Assembly: GCA_036785375.1 (NCBI GenBank) | Contig: JAWMAR010000647.1 | Span: forward strand, 124,001 to 188,000 | Length of the DNA: 64,000 nucleotides | From: Leucoraja ocellata | Taxonomy: Eukaryota | Direction: 5' to 3' | Shown: positions 1-9,608 of the stretch, piece by piece | How the letters are laid out: the number at the start of each line of letters is the position of its first letter | Position numbering within the stretch: position 1 is the stretch's first letter | Made by a program: the position numbers and the translations under genes | The notes under the pieces: generated by a model | Database searches by the model: none | Told to the model about the DNA's origin: nothing | The model's input: only the letters and a program-made list of their open reading frames with translations

Positions 1-143
1 TATATCACCGTCTGTATATCTCGTTTCCCTTTCCCCTATCTCTCAGTCTGAAGAAGTGTCTCGACCCGAAACGTCATCTATTCCCTTTCTCCAGAGAAGC
101 TGCCTGACCCGCTGAGTTACTCCAGCTATTTGTATCCATCTTC
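1..143 (+). mobile_element. Penelope-type short repeat (pLTR-like) with minimal hammerhead ribozyme core at 48-75
   Basis: CTGAAGAAGTGTCTCGACCCGAAACGTC followed by the family body ...TTCTCCAGAGAAGCTGCCTGACCCGCTGAGTTACTCCAGC; the same unit recurs about 15 times in the window. Confidence 0.7.
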
Positions 144-399
144 CCTCAAACCTCTCCTATCCATTCTTGAGTATTGGTGTTAGCAAGTACCTGTATTGAG
201 CTGCGCTCTAAAATCTCGTACGTAATAACACGTTTTCAGTCACTAACGAGGCCTACTTTGCATTTTTAAAGATTTAATTTTCAATAAATGCTTAGAATAC
301 TTGGAAAGGTTGAAAAATTGTTACTTCAGTTCATATGCTCCACTGATGGAAAGAGATGGTGCTGTAAATATATTTTAGTATTGCATAGCACGACAAGAC

Positions 400-815
400 A
401 TGAGGGATAGACGTTTCGGTTCAGAACTCTTCTTCAGACTGAAAGTAGGTGGGTGGGAGGTGGTGGAGGGCATAACATTTGTCTGAAGAAGGGTTCCGAT
501 CCGAAACGTCACCTATTCCCTTTCTCCGGAGATGCTGCATGGCCCGCTTAGTTACTCCAGCATAGTGTGTCTATCTCCAGCACAAACCAACATTTGCAGT
601 TCCTTCCTACACAAGGATTGTGTTGGAGTAACTCAATGAGTCGGGCAGCATCGCTGGAGAAAAATGATGAGTAACGTTTTGGGTCGGGGGTGGGGTGGGG
701 TGGGTGGGGGCATAAGCTAGGATGTCTAAAGAAGAGTCCCCTGTGGGAAACAGCTTCATGATCCCCTCCACAGGTGTTGCCTGCGCTGAATTACTCCAGC
801 ACTTTGTGTGTTGCT
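400..815. mobile_element. Cluster of Penelope-type hammerhead repeats in alternating orientation
   Basis: Minus copy core at 410-437, plus copy 481-612 (core 483-510), minus fragment 607-690, degenerate plus copy 720-815. Confidence 0.7.
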
Positions 816-1502
816 CAAGGCATATTGGGTGGTTAGGTTTGAGGTAATAGGAATACGGGCGGATAGTGTTGAAATACATCCCTCCCCCTTTGAACTACGA
901 ACGCAACTGTTTGAATGAGCTAATTTTGACCTCGTAATCTGTTTCTATCGAAACCCTATAATTTCCCTTCGGTTACTTTTAAACGAGGCTGTGGTCCGCT
1001 GAATGGAAACACGGAATTCAACAAGAAATGCCAAGACCCTGCAGAACTGCTCAGTCAGTGTGTAGTTTCCACTATCACTTGATCAAAAGTGCAGAGGGCT
1101 CTAAAAACGCAACGGTGAAATGCAAAAGCGCTAATCTCTTTCAACCCCTTCCGCAGCGTCTGAGGAAACGGCGAGCATTAAAGGCACCAGGTGGAGGCGG
1201 AGGTTGAGTAAACGATGAACACCAGATTGTGGATGTGAGCAGTAAAGAGAAATACTTTTATTTCTAAGCTCCGTTCCTGATCCGGAGAAACCCAACCCTT
1301 GTTAAGTCGCAAAGTCGAAAATGCAAGTCCATTAAGCTCGTAGAGATTTGTGGCTTTTAACAGTTTGTTAATATTGGTTGCGGCGTAATTAATGAGTCGG
1401 GATAGTTTAAATAGCTCTCCAACTTTTGGAAATGGTACCATATCATGTTTTGAGTCCCACCCCAGGGAGGGGCATACGGTGACTGCTTTTGAAGTGGCTT
1501 AG

Positions 1503-2236
1503 ATAGAAAACATAGAAAATAGGTGCAGGAGTAGGCCATTCGGCCCTTCGAGCCGCCATTCAATATGATCATGGCTGATCATCCAACTCAGTATCCTGTA
1601 CCTGCCTTCTCTCCATACCCCCTGATCCCTTTAGCCACAAGGGCCACATCTAACTACCTCTTAAATATAGCCAATAAACTGGCCTCAACTACCTTTTGTG
1701 GCAGAGAATTCCACAGATTCACCACTCTCTGTGTGAAAAATGTTTTCCTCATCTCGGTCCTAAAAGATTTCCCCCTTATCATTAAACTGTGATCCCTTGT
1801 TCTGGACTTCCCCAACATCGGGAACAATCTTCCTGCATCTAGCCTGTCCAACCCCTTAAGAATTTTGTAAGTTTCTATAAGATCCCCCCTCAATCTTTTA
1901 AATTCTAGCGAGTACAAACTGAGTCTATCCAGTCTTTCTTCATATGAAAGTCCTGACATCCCAGGAATCAGTCTGGTGAACCTTCTCTGTACTCCCTCTA
2001 TGGCAAGAATGTCTTTCCTCAGATTAGGAGACCAAAACTGTACGCAATACTCTAGGTTTGGTCTCACCAAGACCCTGTACAACTGCAGTAGAACCTCCCT
2101 GCTCCTATACTCAAATCCTTTTGCTATGAATGCCAACTTACCATTTGCCTTCTTCACTGCCTGCTGCACCTGCATGCCTACTTTTAATGACTGGTGTACC
2201 ATGACACCCAGGTCTCGTTGCATCTCTCCCTTTCCT
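1503..2236 (-). mobile_element. CR1-clade LINE (HER1-like), 5'-truncated 3' end, young copy
   Basis: ORF 1654-2298(-) gives the CR1 ORF2 C-terminus (LVRPNLEYCVQFWSP...FFTQRVVNLWNSLP); TCTATGTT-type tail at 1503-1520; very similar to the copy at 60755-61435. Confidence 0.92.
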
Positions 2237-2259
2237 AAGCTCCTGGCTTCCGAAAGACA

Positions 2260-2395
2260 ATGGTCTGAAGAAGGGTCTCGATCCGAAACGTCACCCATTC
2301 TTTTTCTCCAGAGTTGCTGCCTGTCCCACTGAGTTACTCCAGCATTTTGTGTCTAGCTTTCCATTTAAACCAGCATCTGTAGTTCTTTCCTACAC
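2260..2395 (+). mobile_element. Penelope-type short repeat with intact hammerhead core (2265-2292)
   Basis: ATGGT-CTGAAGA-AGGGTCTCGATCC-GAAAC-GTC-ACCCAT; the flanks can pair as stem I. Confidence 0.72.
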
Positions 2396-2524
2396 AATAG
2401 TGCAGTGTTTTGCCTTCAGTACTGCCTTGGAATGTCAGCAAATACAATTGTGCACAAAATGTCTCTGGAGTACATCAACACCTGTCGCACCCTCTGACTT
2501 GACCACTGATGGTTACTTTCCCAA

Positions 2525-3245
2525 GTTATAGGAGCAGAATTAAGCCATTCGGTCCAGCAAGAGGTATACAACTATAGAGGTGTACACTAGCATGAGAGGA
2601 ATAGATCGGGTAGAAGCACAGAGTCTCTTGCCCAGAGTAAGAGAATCAAGAACCAGGGGACATAGGTTTAAGGTGAGGGGGGGGGGAAATATTTAATAGG
2701 AGCTTAAGGGGTAATTTTTTCACACAAAGGGTGGTGGGTGCATGGAACGAGCTGCAGGAGGAGGTAATTGAGGCAGGCATTATCGTAACGTTTAAGAAAG
2801 ATTTAGACAGGTACATGGATAGGACAGGATTGGGAGGGGGAATGGATATGGGCCAAATGCAGGCAGGTGGGACTAGTGTCGATGGGACATATGGCAGGTG
2901 TGGGCAAGTTGGGCTGACGGGCCTGTTTCCACGCCATAAGTCTCTATGTATGTCTACTCCGCCATTCAATCACGGCTGATCTATCTTTCCCTCTCCACCC
3001 AATCTTCTGCCGTCTCCCTATAACCACTGACAGCATTACTAATCAAGAATCTGTCAAATCTCCACCTTTAAAATTTCAAATGATGGCCTCCACGGCCGCC
3101 TGATGATGAATTCCACAGATTCACCACCCACTGACTGAAGAAATTTATCCTCAACTCCTTTCTAAAACGACGTTCTTTTATTCTGAGACTATGGCCTCTG
3201 GCCCTATACTCTATCACTAGTGGATACATCCTCTCTACATTCACT
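2525..3245. mobile_element. Nested CR1 fragments: + strand CR1 3' end (~2562-2950) inserted into a - strand CR1 3' end
   Basis: ORF 2731-2979(+) VGAWNELQEEVIEAG...FKKDLDRYM; the host tail is split at CAAG|TCTACTCCG, which reads continuously in the copy at ~4051-4075. Confidence 0.85.
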
Positions 3246-4004
3246 CACTTACAATGTTCAGAACAGAAACCCCTAAAGCATCAGAGACAAAGATCTAAAC
3301 TAAGGTCGAAACCCTATTTTACTGAAAACATTTTTTTTTAATTGCTGAAATAGATGTATATTTTATATACATTTAATTATAGCTGTGAGGGAGTCACTGG
3401 GGAATTTCAGTAGGCCGAAATGAACCTTATATGAAGGTTCAAATTTTAAAAGCAACTATACAAAAATGGATCAATAAACTAAAATGCAAAATAATTGAAT
3501 CGATTATCAAAAATAAACACCAATTTCTCTAATCTGGTCAACAGTTTTCAACCGGGAAGAAAATGCCTATCTTATAAACCTTCTTAGTTTCAAAGATATT
3601 AACCCGAGAATGATGAATATACTATAGAAATGTTTATGACATTACATACACGGATCTCTAAAATGCATTTCAAAGAACGGATATGTAAGTATTTAGTTAA
3701 ACTCGAATTCGTTGTATTCAAGATAAAGTCTATAAATTGACAGGAAGCTAGGCACATCGTGGGCGACAGGTACTTGTTAAAAAGTGAAAGTACGCGATGG
3801 AGAAATATAACGTGCTGAAAAGAGAGCCGTATCAACAACGTGGTTTCTAATTGAAACCAACAACTTGGATAAAGAAATGCAAGTTGGTCAATTCTGAAGC
3901 TTGACTCCAACTGGATGTGGCGGTGGGATGTGAGGCCAGAAATGACAGGACGAGTTAAAATAAAAAAAAAACTGATTGAATAATGATTCTCAAAATATAC
4001 TACC

Positions 4005-4160
4005 ATAAGATTTTAAAATCATAAGTGATAGGAGCAGAATTAGGCCATTCGGCCCATCAAGTCCACTCCGCCATTCAAACATGGCTGATCTATATCTCAC
4101 TCCTAACCCCATTCTCCTGCCTTCTCCTCCCCATAACCCCTGACACCCCTTACTAATCAA
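4005..4160 (-). mobile_element. CR1 LINE 3' tail fragment
   Basis: GGAGCAGAATTAGGCCATTCGGCCCATC...CCGCCATTCAA..CATGGCTGATC tail shared with the other CR1 copies. Confidence 0.8.
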
Positions 4161-4639
4161 TTTGACTACACCCAAACTCATTTTACAAAATTTTCAATCA
4201 TAATCGAAAGGATAATGGCTAAATTTTCCCCATGGAGTGTTTATTTCAATTATTTCATATAGCTGATAGTCTTGTATCAAAAATAGATGGCTTTTGTTTT
4301 GCTCAATCTAAATTGTTAAACTCTTAACCTTCAAAGTAAGATCCTTTTTGTGGTTTAAAAATGTCAACGTGTTTAAGTAGTTCCAAGCGCCCTGTCTGAG
4401 ACAGAAGCATCGCACAATACTGATTCTTGTCTGCTGATAATTTCGTTATTTTTCGGAAATATCACATTGGCTGGGGGGGAAAACCCCCACAGAACTGTCA
4501 AGAACACCACTACGTGGGCCGCATGCTTCCTTCCGTATGAGCTCGAATTTAACATCCCTGCAACAGCACAGGGAACCCGCCCCATTAGACAAGTCTCTCA
4601 CTTCCCATGCTTGTTTCAAAACATTCCTCTATCCCCAGT

Positions 4640-4838
4640 TAGACACAAAATGCCGCGGGACAGGCAGAATCTCTGGAGAGAAGGAATGGGTGACGTTTCG
4701 GGTCGAGACCCTTCTTCAGACTTCCCAACCGAAACGTCATCCATTCCTTCTCTCCAGATTTTTTGCCTGTCCCGCTGAGATACTCTTGCATTTTGTGTCT
4801 ATCTTCGGTGTAAACTAGCATCTGCAGTTCCTTCCTAC
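4640..4838. mobile_element. Inverted pair of Penelope-type hammerhead repeats
   Basis: Minus copy 4640-4720 (consensus core 4692-4719, rc CTGAAGAAGGGTCTCGACCCGAAACGTC) joined to a 5'-truncated plus copy at 4729-4838. Confidence 0.75.
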
Positions 4839-4982
4839 GGATCCCTCCATCCTATCCTCGGGATATTTTCCTCCCGGTTTCTTTCCTCCATCTGAACTGT
4901 GTAGAAAAGCCTAAATCCTTCCCTTAAAATCGGAGGAGATGATTGAGTTCCAGGCGTTTTAATTCCTGCTAAAATTAGCCCC

Positions 4983-5345
4983 TGTATGAAGGAACTGCAG
5001 ATGGTGGTTTACACCGAAGACAGACACAAAATGCTTGAATAACTCAACGGGTCAGGCAGCATCTGTGAGGAGAAGGAATGGGTGATGTTTCGGGTCCAGG
5101 CCCTTCTTAAGACAGTGTCAGGCACTGTGTTCCCAATTCTGTTGCAAATCCCTGCAGATAGACACAAAATGCTGTGGTAACTTAGCGGGACAGGCAGCAT
5201 CTCTGGATAGAAAGAATGGGTGACGTTCGGGTCGAAACCCTTCTTCAGACTGTCAGGGGAGAGGGAATAACAGAGATAAGGAATTGTAAGAGATCAAAAG
5301 AGATACAGATCAAGAAATGTGCAGGAAAGAACTGCAGATGCTGGT
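4983..5345 (-). mobile_element. Tandem Penelope-type hammerhead repeats
   Basis: Repeated GACACAAAATGCTGGAGTAACTCAGCGGG..AGGCAGCATCTCTGGAG..GACGTTTCGGGTCGAGACCCTTCTTCAGAC-type units; the third unit is interrupted by the L2 at ~5347. Confidence 0.75.
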
Positions 5346-5346
5346 T

Positions 5347-5850
5347 TAATAATAATAATAATAATACATTTTATTTATGGGCGCCTTTCAAGAGTCTCAA
5401 GGATACCTTACAAAAATTTAGCAGGTAGAGGAAAAACATGTAAGGGGAATGAAATAAATAGTAGAGACATGACTAGTACACAAAGTAAAGACGGAATTCA
5501 ATTCAAAACACAATATGAGGCAATTAATGCACAGATGAAAAGGGAGGGGGACGTGGGGCTAAGGATAGGCAGAGGTGAAGAGGTGAAGAGATGGGACGGG
5601 ACTGGAAGATGGTGAGGGACACGGAATTGCGGATCAGTTGGGGGAGGGAGTTCCAGAGCCTGAGAGCTGCCCTGGAGAAGGCTATGTCCCCAAAACTGCG
5701 GAGGTTGGATTTGTGGATGGAGAAGAGACCGGCTGATGTGGATCTGAGGGACCGTGAGGGTTGGTAGGAGGAGAGGAGGTCAGTGAGATATTGGGGGGGG
5801 GGGGGGGGGGGGGGGCAGATGGTGGAGGGCTTTGTAGGTGAGGATAAGGA
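5347..5850 (-). mobile_element. L2-clade LINE 3' fragment with (TTA)n tail, inserted in a Penelope-type repeat
   Basis: ORF 5524-5910(-) PQYLTDLLSSYQPSRSLRS...FSRAALRLWNSLP resembles the L2 ORF2 C-terminus; (AAT)n at 5348-5366; host repeat resumes at ~5856. Confidence 0.8.
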
Positions 5851-5855
5851 ACCTT

Positions 5856-5962
5856 TTTTACCCCGAGCTGGACACAAAATGCTGGAGTAACTCAGCTGGA
5901 TAGGCAGCATCTGTGGAGAGAAGGAATGGGTGATGTTTAGGGTCGAGACCCTTCTTCAGACA
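5856..5962 (-). mobile_element. Remainder of Penelope-type hammerhead repeat
   Basis: GACACAAAATGCTGGAGTAACTCAGC...GGTCGAGACCCTTCTTCAGAC. Confidence 0.7.
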
Positions 5963-6019
5963 GTGTCAGGCAAAGATCATCTTGGGTGTCAAGAAGACAC
6001 CACGTCCCCAATCCTGTTG

Positions 6020-6620
6020 CAAATCCCCGCTGTTTGTTTCTAGCGCCTGTCTGTCAAGCGCGTTGGCCCCGCCTCCACCCCCACCACATGCGCCGTCCAA
6101 TTTGCGGGGTGGGTGAGGGGCGGGGCTTCAGCGGCCGGGGCGGAGCATGCGCAGGGAGGGCGGGAGTGCTGCTCGCGGAGGACGGTTGGAGCTTCGCGAG
6201 GCGGCGACGACGGAGGAGGAGGAGGAGGGGGAGGAGCTGCTGCAGCAGCTGCACGGCGGCAGATCTGTGTGCGGCATCGGCGGAGGAAGCCGACGGACAC
6301 TCGCCGTGTGTGTGTATATATAGTGGCGGGCCCCTACCTCTTGCTCCCGTCCCACCCACTATCCACTGAAGTCCCTACAGAGCGGAGTGCTGGGCCTGCG
6401 AGCGTGTTGTCCGCTGCCCGGGTTTGACAGCTTGTGCGGGGTGCAGCAGCAGCAGAGCAGCAATCTCCAGCCATACTTGCAGCACCGACCCTCGCAGAGC
6501 AAGCAACGCAGGCAGAAGAGAAGGGATCTATCTCTCCCCTGTCGCTGCTCCCTCCATGTCTCACCAACGTGCCACCGTGTGAAGTTTTCTTAGGAGGTGA
6601 GTCCCTTTATTCACGTGGTT
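6020..6620 (+). promoter_or_regulatory. TGFBR3: CpG island / TGFBR3 promoter
   Basis: Sharp rise in GC and CpG; GC boxes at 6067-6076, 6117-6125, 6137-6145 and 6158-6164; CCAAT at 6097-6101; NRF1-like GCATGCGCA at 6145-6153; lies upstream of the first coding exon. Confidence 0.8.
6170..6596 (+). other. TGFBR3: Probable non-coding exon 1 of TGFBR3 (start approximate)
   Basis: Strong donor GAG|GTGAGT at 6596/6597 at the end of the CpG island; exon 2 begins with an acceptor, so an upstream exon is required. Confidence 0.62.
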
Positions 6621-6799
6621 CATTTGATTAGCATTGGAATGAAAGCCTTGACACATTGTTTAATAGTATGTATGCACATGCTGTTTGCGATGCACCTAAG
6701 CTGAACGTGGGGTTGGGAGAACAGTGTGTAAGAGTAACTTGCATCTAAGCCGAAGTGTGTGCGAGCCGTTTGCATGCATTTGCCCATCAGTTAATAATT

Positions 6800-6910
6800 T
6801 CGTGCAGGGAGGAACTGCAGATGCTGGTTTGCACCGAAGACAGTGCAACAAACTGGAGTAACTCAGCGGATCAGGCAGCATCTCTGGAGAAACCTTTCAT
6901 CAGACTAATA
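6800..6910 (-). mobile_element. Penelope-type short repeat fragment
   Basis: GGAACTGCAGATGCTGGTTTGCACCGAAGAC...GGAGTAACTCAGCGGATCAGGCAGCATCTCTGGAG. Confidence 0.7.
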
Positions 6911-8264
6911 ATTTCAACAGTTTTGACAACCATTGGAGGTGGTTCGTAAGACTTCAAAGATGTCTAAATTGGTTTTAGGGTCTCCACACCTGAAGTGTCG
7001 CTTACATCAATGTCTTGAATTAACATAAATATGAATCAATGGCACTAATTCCTGCTGCCCCAATTTGAGTTGTGTCAACACTGAGTTTCATAATTTTATG
7101 ATTTGATGATTACTTGGCATTTACTTGGAAATTGGTCACTTGGGATTAGTAGGTGTCAATTTGTATTAATTGTTTGGAATATCATTTTGGAAGTAACGAT
7201 CACTTTTCTTAAATTGTAGTCTGAGTGTCCAGGTTTGCTGTCCAACTGACCCTAAATATTATCTCATCCAGGCCAGATACACTGCAAATGAAATTAGGAG
7301 GACTTGCCATTACTGTTTTCAGGTGGTCCAGTTATATTTTCCCCCTGGCAATGGCTTTTCTTTAAATATGTAGATTGAGAAGTTAGTGTACTGCATGGTC
7401 TGAGATAAACTACTTTCATATTCTCAACATGTCCAAAGCACTTTAGGGCCTCCAGTCCCATGTGATACAACACCTATTATGATTTGAATACTTCAGGTAC
7501 TTAAACTAGTAATGAGAAAATGTAATTTGTTGAAGAAAAGATATTGACAGGGCATAAAAATTGGATTTTGTTCCCTTCCGAAAGAAATAATTGAATGTAC
7601 AATCTTTTGACTCGGGTTGGATTGCTATAAATGAGCCAAGACTTTTGAAAAGTTTTTTTTTTTTTAATGGGCAGAACTGTTGCTTAGTGAACCCTTAAGT
7701 ACCAGATAAATTTCTCTAATTTTTGAAGTACACAAGTGTTGTGCTGTGATTATGAAAGTTGGATTATCCAAGTTGCAATTCGACTGCGTCCTAAACATAG
7801 AGAAACCGAATGAAGTGCTCTAATCCATTAAGTCTAACATTATGACAAAGTGCTCATTGGATACCATTTCCCTGTGCTTGTTTTATGATTGCTAATAAAA
7901 CAGATTTTTTTTAAAGTGTAAACTACTTTGTGAGAGTAGGTGATGTGATTGGATTAGAGATGCTGTGCAGAACAAAATTCCAAGGGGCCTGTGAAAAGTG
8001 CTGTGTTGAATTAGATCCAACATGGTTCAATTTTGTTTTGTGTTATAAAACTCAAGAGGGCAATGTTAAGGCAAAGGTCCTAGCTTTAGTGTACAGAAAC
8101 GTGCAGCAAGAGAGAACAAAAATACCTCTCTCATTCTGGCACATCATTGCCAAAATGTTTTAGGAAGGATCAAACCGCTTTAAATATTTGTTGATGCTCT
8201 CAATGTAATAGATTTCAGGTGGTGTAGGCATATTGGAATTGTCTGATGCAGTGTAGCAAATCAG

Positions 8265-8860
8265 TTATAAGTTCATAAATTCATAAGGCATAGAAGCAGA
8301 ATTAAGTCATTCGGCCCGTCGTGTTTATCCCACCATTCCGTTATGGCTGAACAACCTTTCCCATTCTTCGCATTCTCCTACCTTCTCCCCTTAATCTTTG
8401 ATGCCCTTACTAATATGAAAGACCTTGATAGAGTGGAGAGGATGTTTCCACTGAAGATAGACACAAAATGCTGGAGTAACTCAGTCGGACAGGCAGCATC
8501 TCTGGAGAAAAGGAATGGGTGACATTTTCGATCGAGACACTTCAGGATGTTTCCATTAGTGGGAGAGTCTAGGACCAGAGGCCATAGCCTCAGAATAATA
8601 GGACGTGCCTTTAGAAAGGAGATGAGGAGGACTTTTTTAGTCGGAGGATGTTGAATCCATGAAATTCATTACCACAGTCGGCGGTGGAGGCCAAGTCAAT
8701 AGATAATTTTTAAGGCAGAGATTGAAAGATTCTTGATTAGTAAAGGTGATGGGGATTATGGGGAGAGGCAAATGAGGGAAAGATAGATTCGCCATGATTG
8801 AGTGGAGTGGTCTTGATGGGCCGAATGGCCTAATTCTGCTAGAACATGAACTAATCAAGA
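8265..8860. mobile_element. CR1 fragments (- tail 8265-8415; + 3' end 8416-8860) with a nested Penelope-type repeat at 8451-8543
   Basis: CR1 3' motifs GGGAGAGTCTAGGACCAGAGG and GGGCCGAATGGCCTAATTCTGC; the insert is flanked by AGGATGTTTCCA at 8439-8450 and 8544-8555. Confidence 0.8.
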
Positions 8861-9594
8861 GTTATGGATCACAATTATACTGCATCTGTTCACTTTTGAC
8901 TATCTGTGAATCGTGATGTGCAGCTGGTAGGACAGTTATGCCCTCCTTCATGGTAATTTTGATTGGCACTAAGATCAGTGTCAAAGAAGCACATTGGATT
9001 GTATGGAAAAATGGATTTCCCTGGGCAGTCATTTCTTAGCACAAGCTGGGAACGGCTTTATTTGCAATGGGAGTCAGTTATTCCACCATTCTTTTGTGCA
9101 TCTTAAGCTGCTTTGCAGCAGCGCAAAAATGGATTGTGTAATAAATTGACTGCAAATCTTACTAGTTCTTTTTGTTATCTTCAATTTATAATGCTGTCAA
9201 AAATTCTGCTGCAATATTGTTTAAAAGAAGACTGCCAAATTTGGACTGGAGGCAATGAATATGTGAAAATAAGGAGTGGATTGGTATTTTGTACCTTATA
9301 AGTTTGCCAGTTCTCAGTCAGCTGTTCACTGGAATGTACATTGGATACCTCTTGCTTGGCTCCCTGTGATGAGGTTCATAAAAGGGTGCTATTTTAATAG
9401 AAGGATTTTGCAAAGTTTTGGTTTACTCTTCTGATTAAATAATTATGTAAATTTAAATTGCACTACGGCACTGGCATTTCATGTCATTGTGGTTTAATGA
9501 CTATCCCGGCTGATTCCCATACCAAAAACCATATATTATACTTTTCATAATAACAAAAGCACTTTTAAATTGGCCACGAGTTCCAGTGCTGTGG

Positions 9595-9608
9595 GTGCCA
9601 TCTGCTGG
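9595..9608 (-). promoter_or_regulatory. Candidate CTCF binding site
   Basis: Reverse complement CCAGCAGATGGCAC fits the CTCF core consensus CCASYAGRKGGCRS; sequence match only. Confidence 0.4.

Noticed and set aside
6315-6322. TATATATA as a TATA box
   Set aside because: Part of a (GT)n(AT)n microsatellite about 150 bp downstream of the GC-box cluster; cannot be assigned.
5986-6631. Many overlapping ORFs (poly-Arg, poly-Pro, poly-Gly) on both strands
   Set aside because: By-product of the GC-rich, stop-poor CpG island with GGA/GCA triplets; no recognisable protein, and the TGFBR3 start codon is at 13997.
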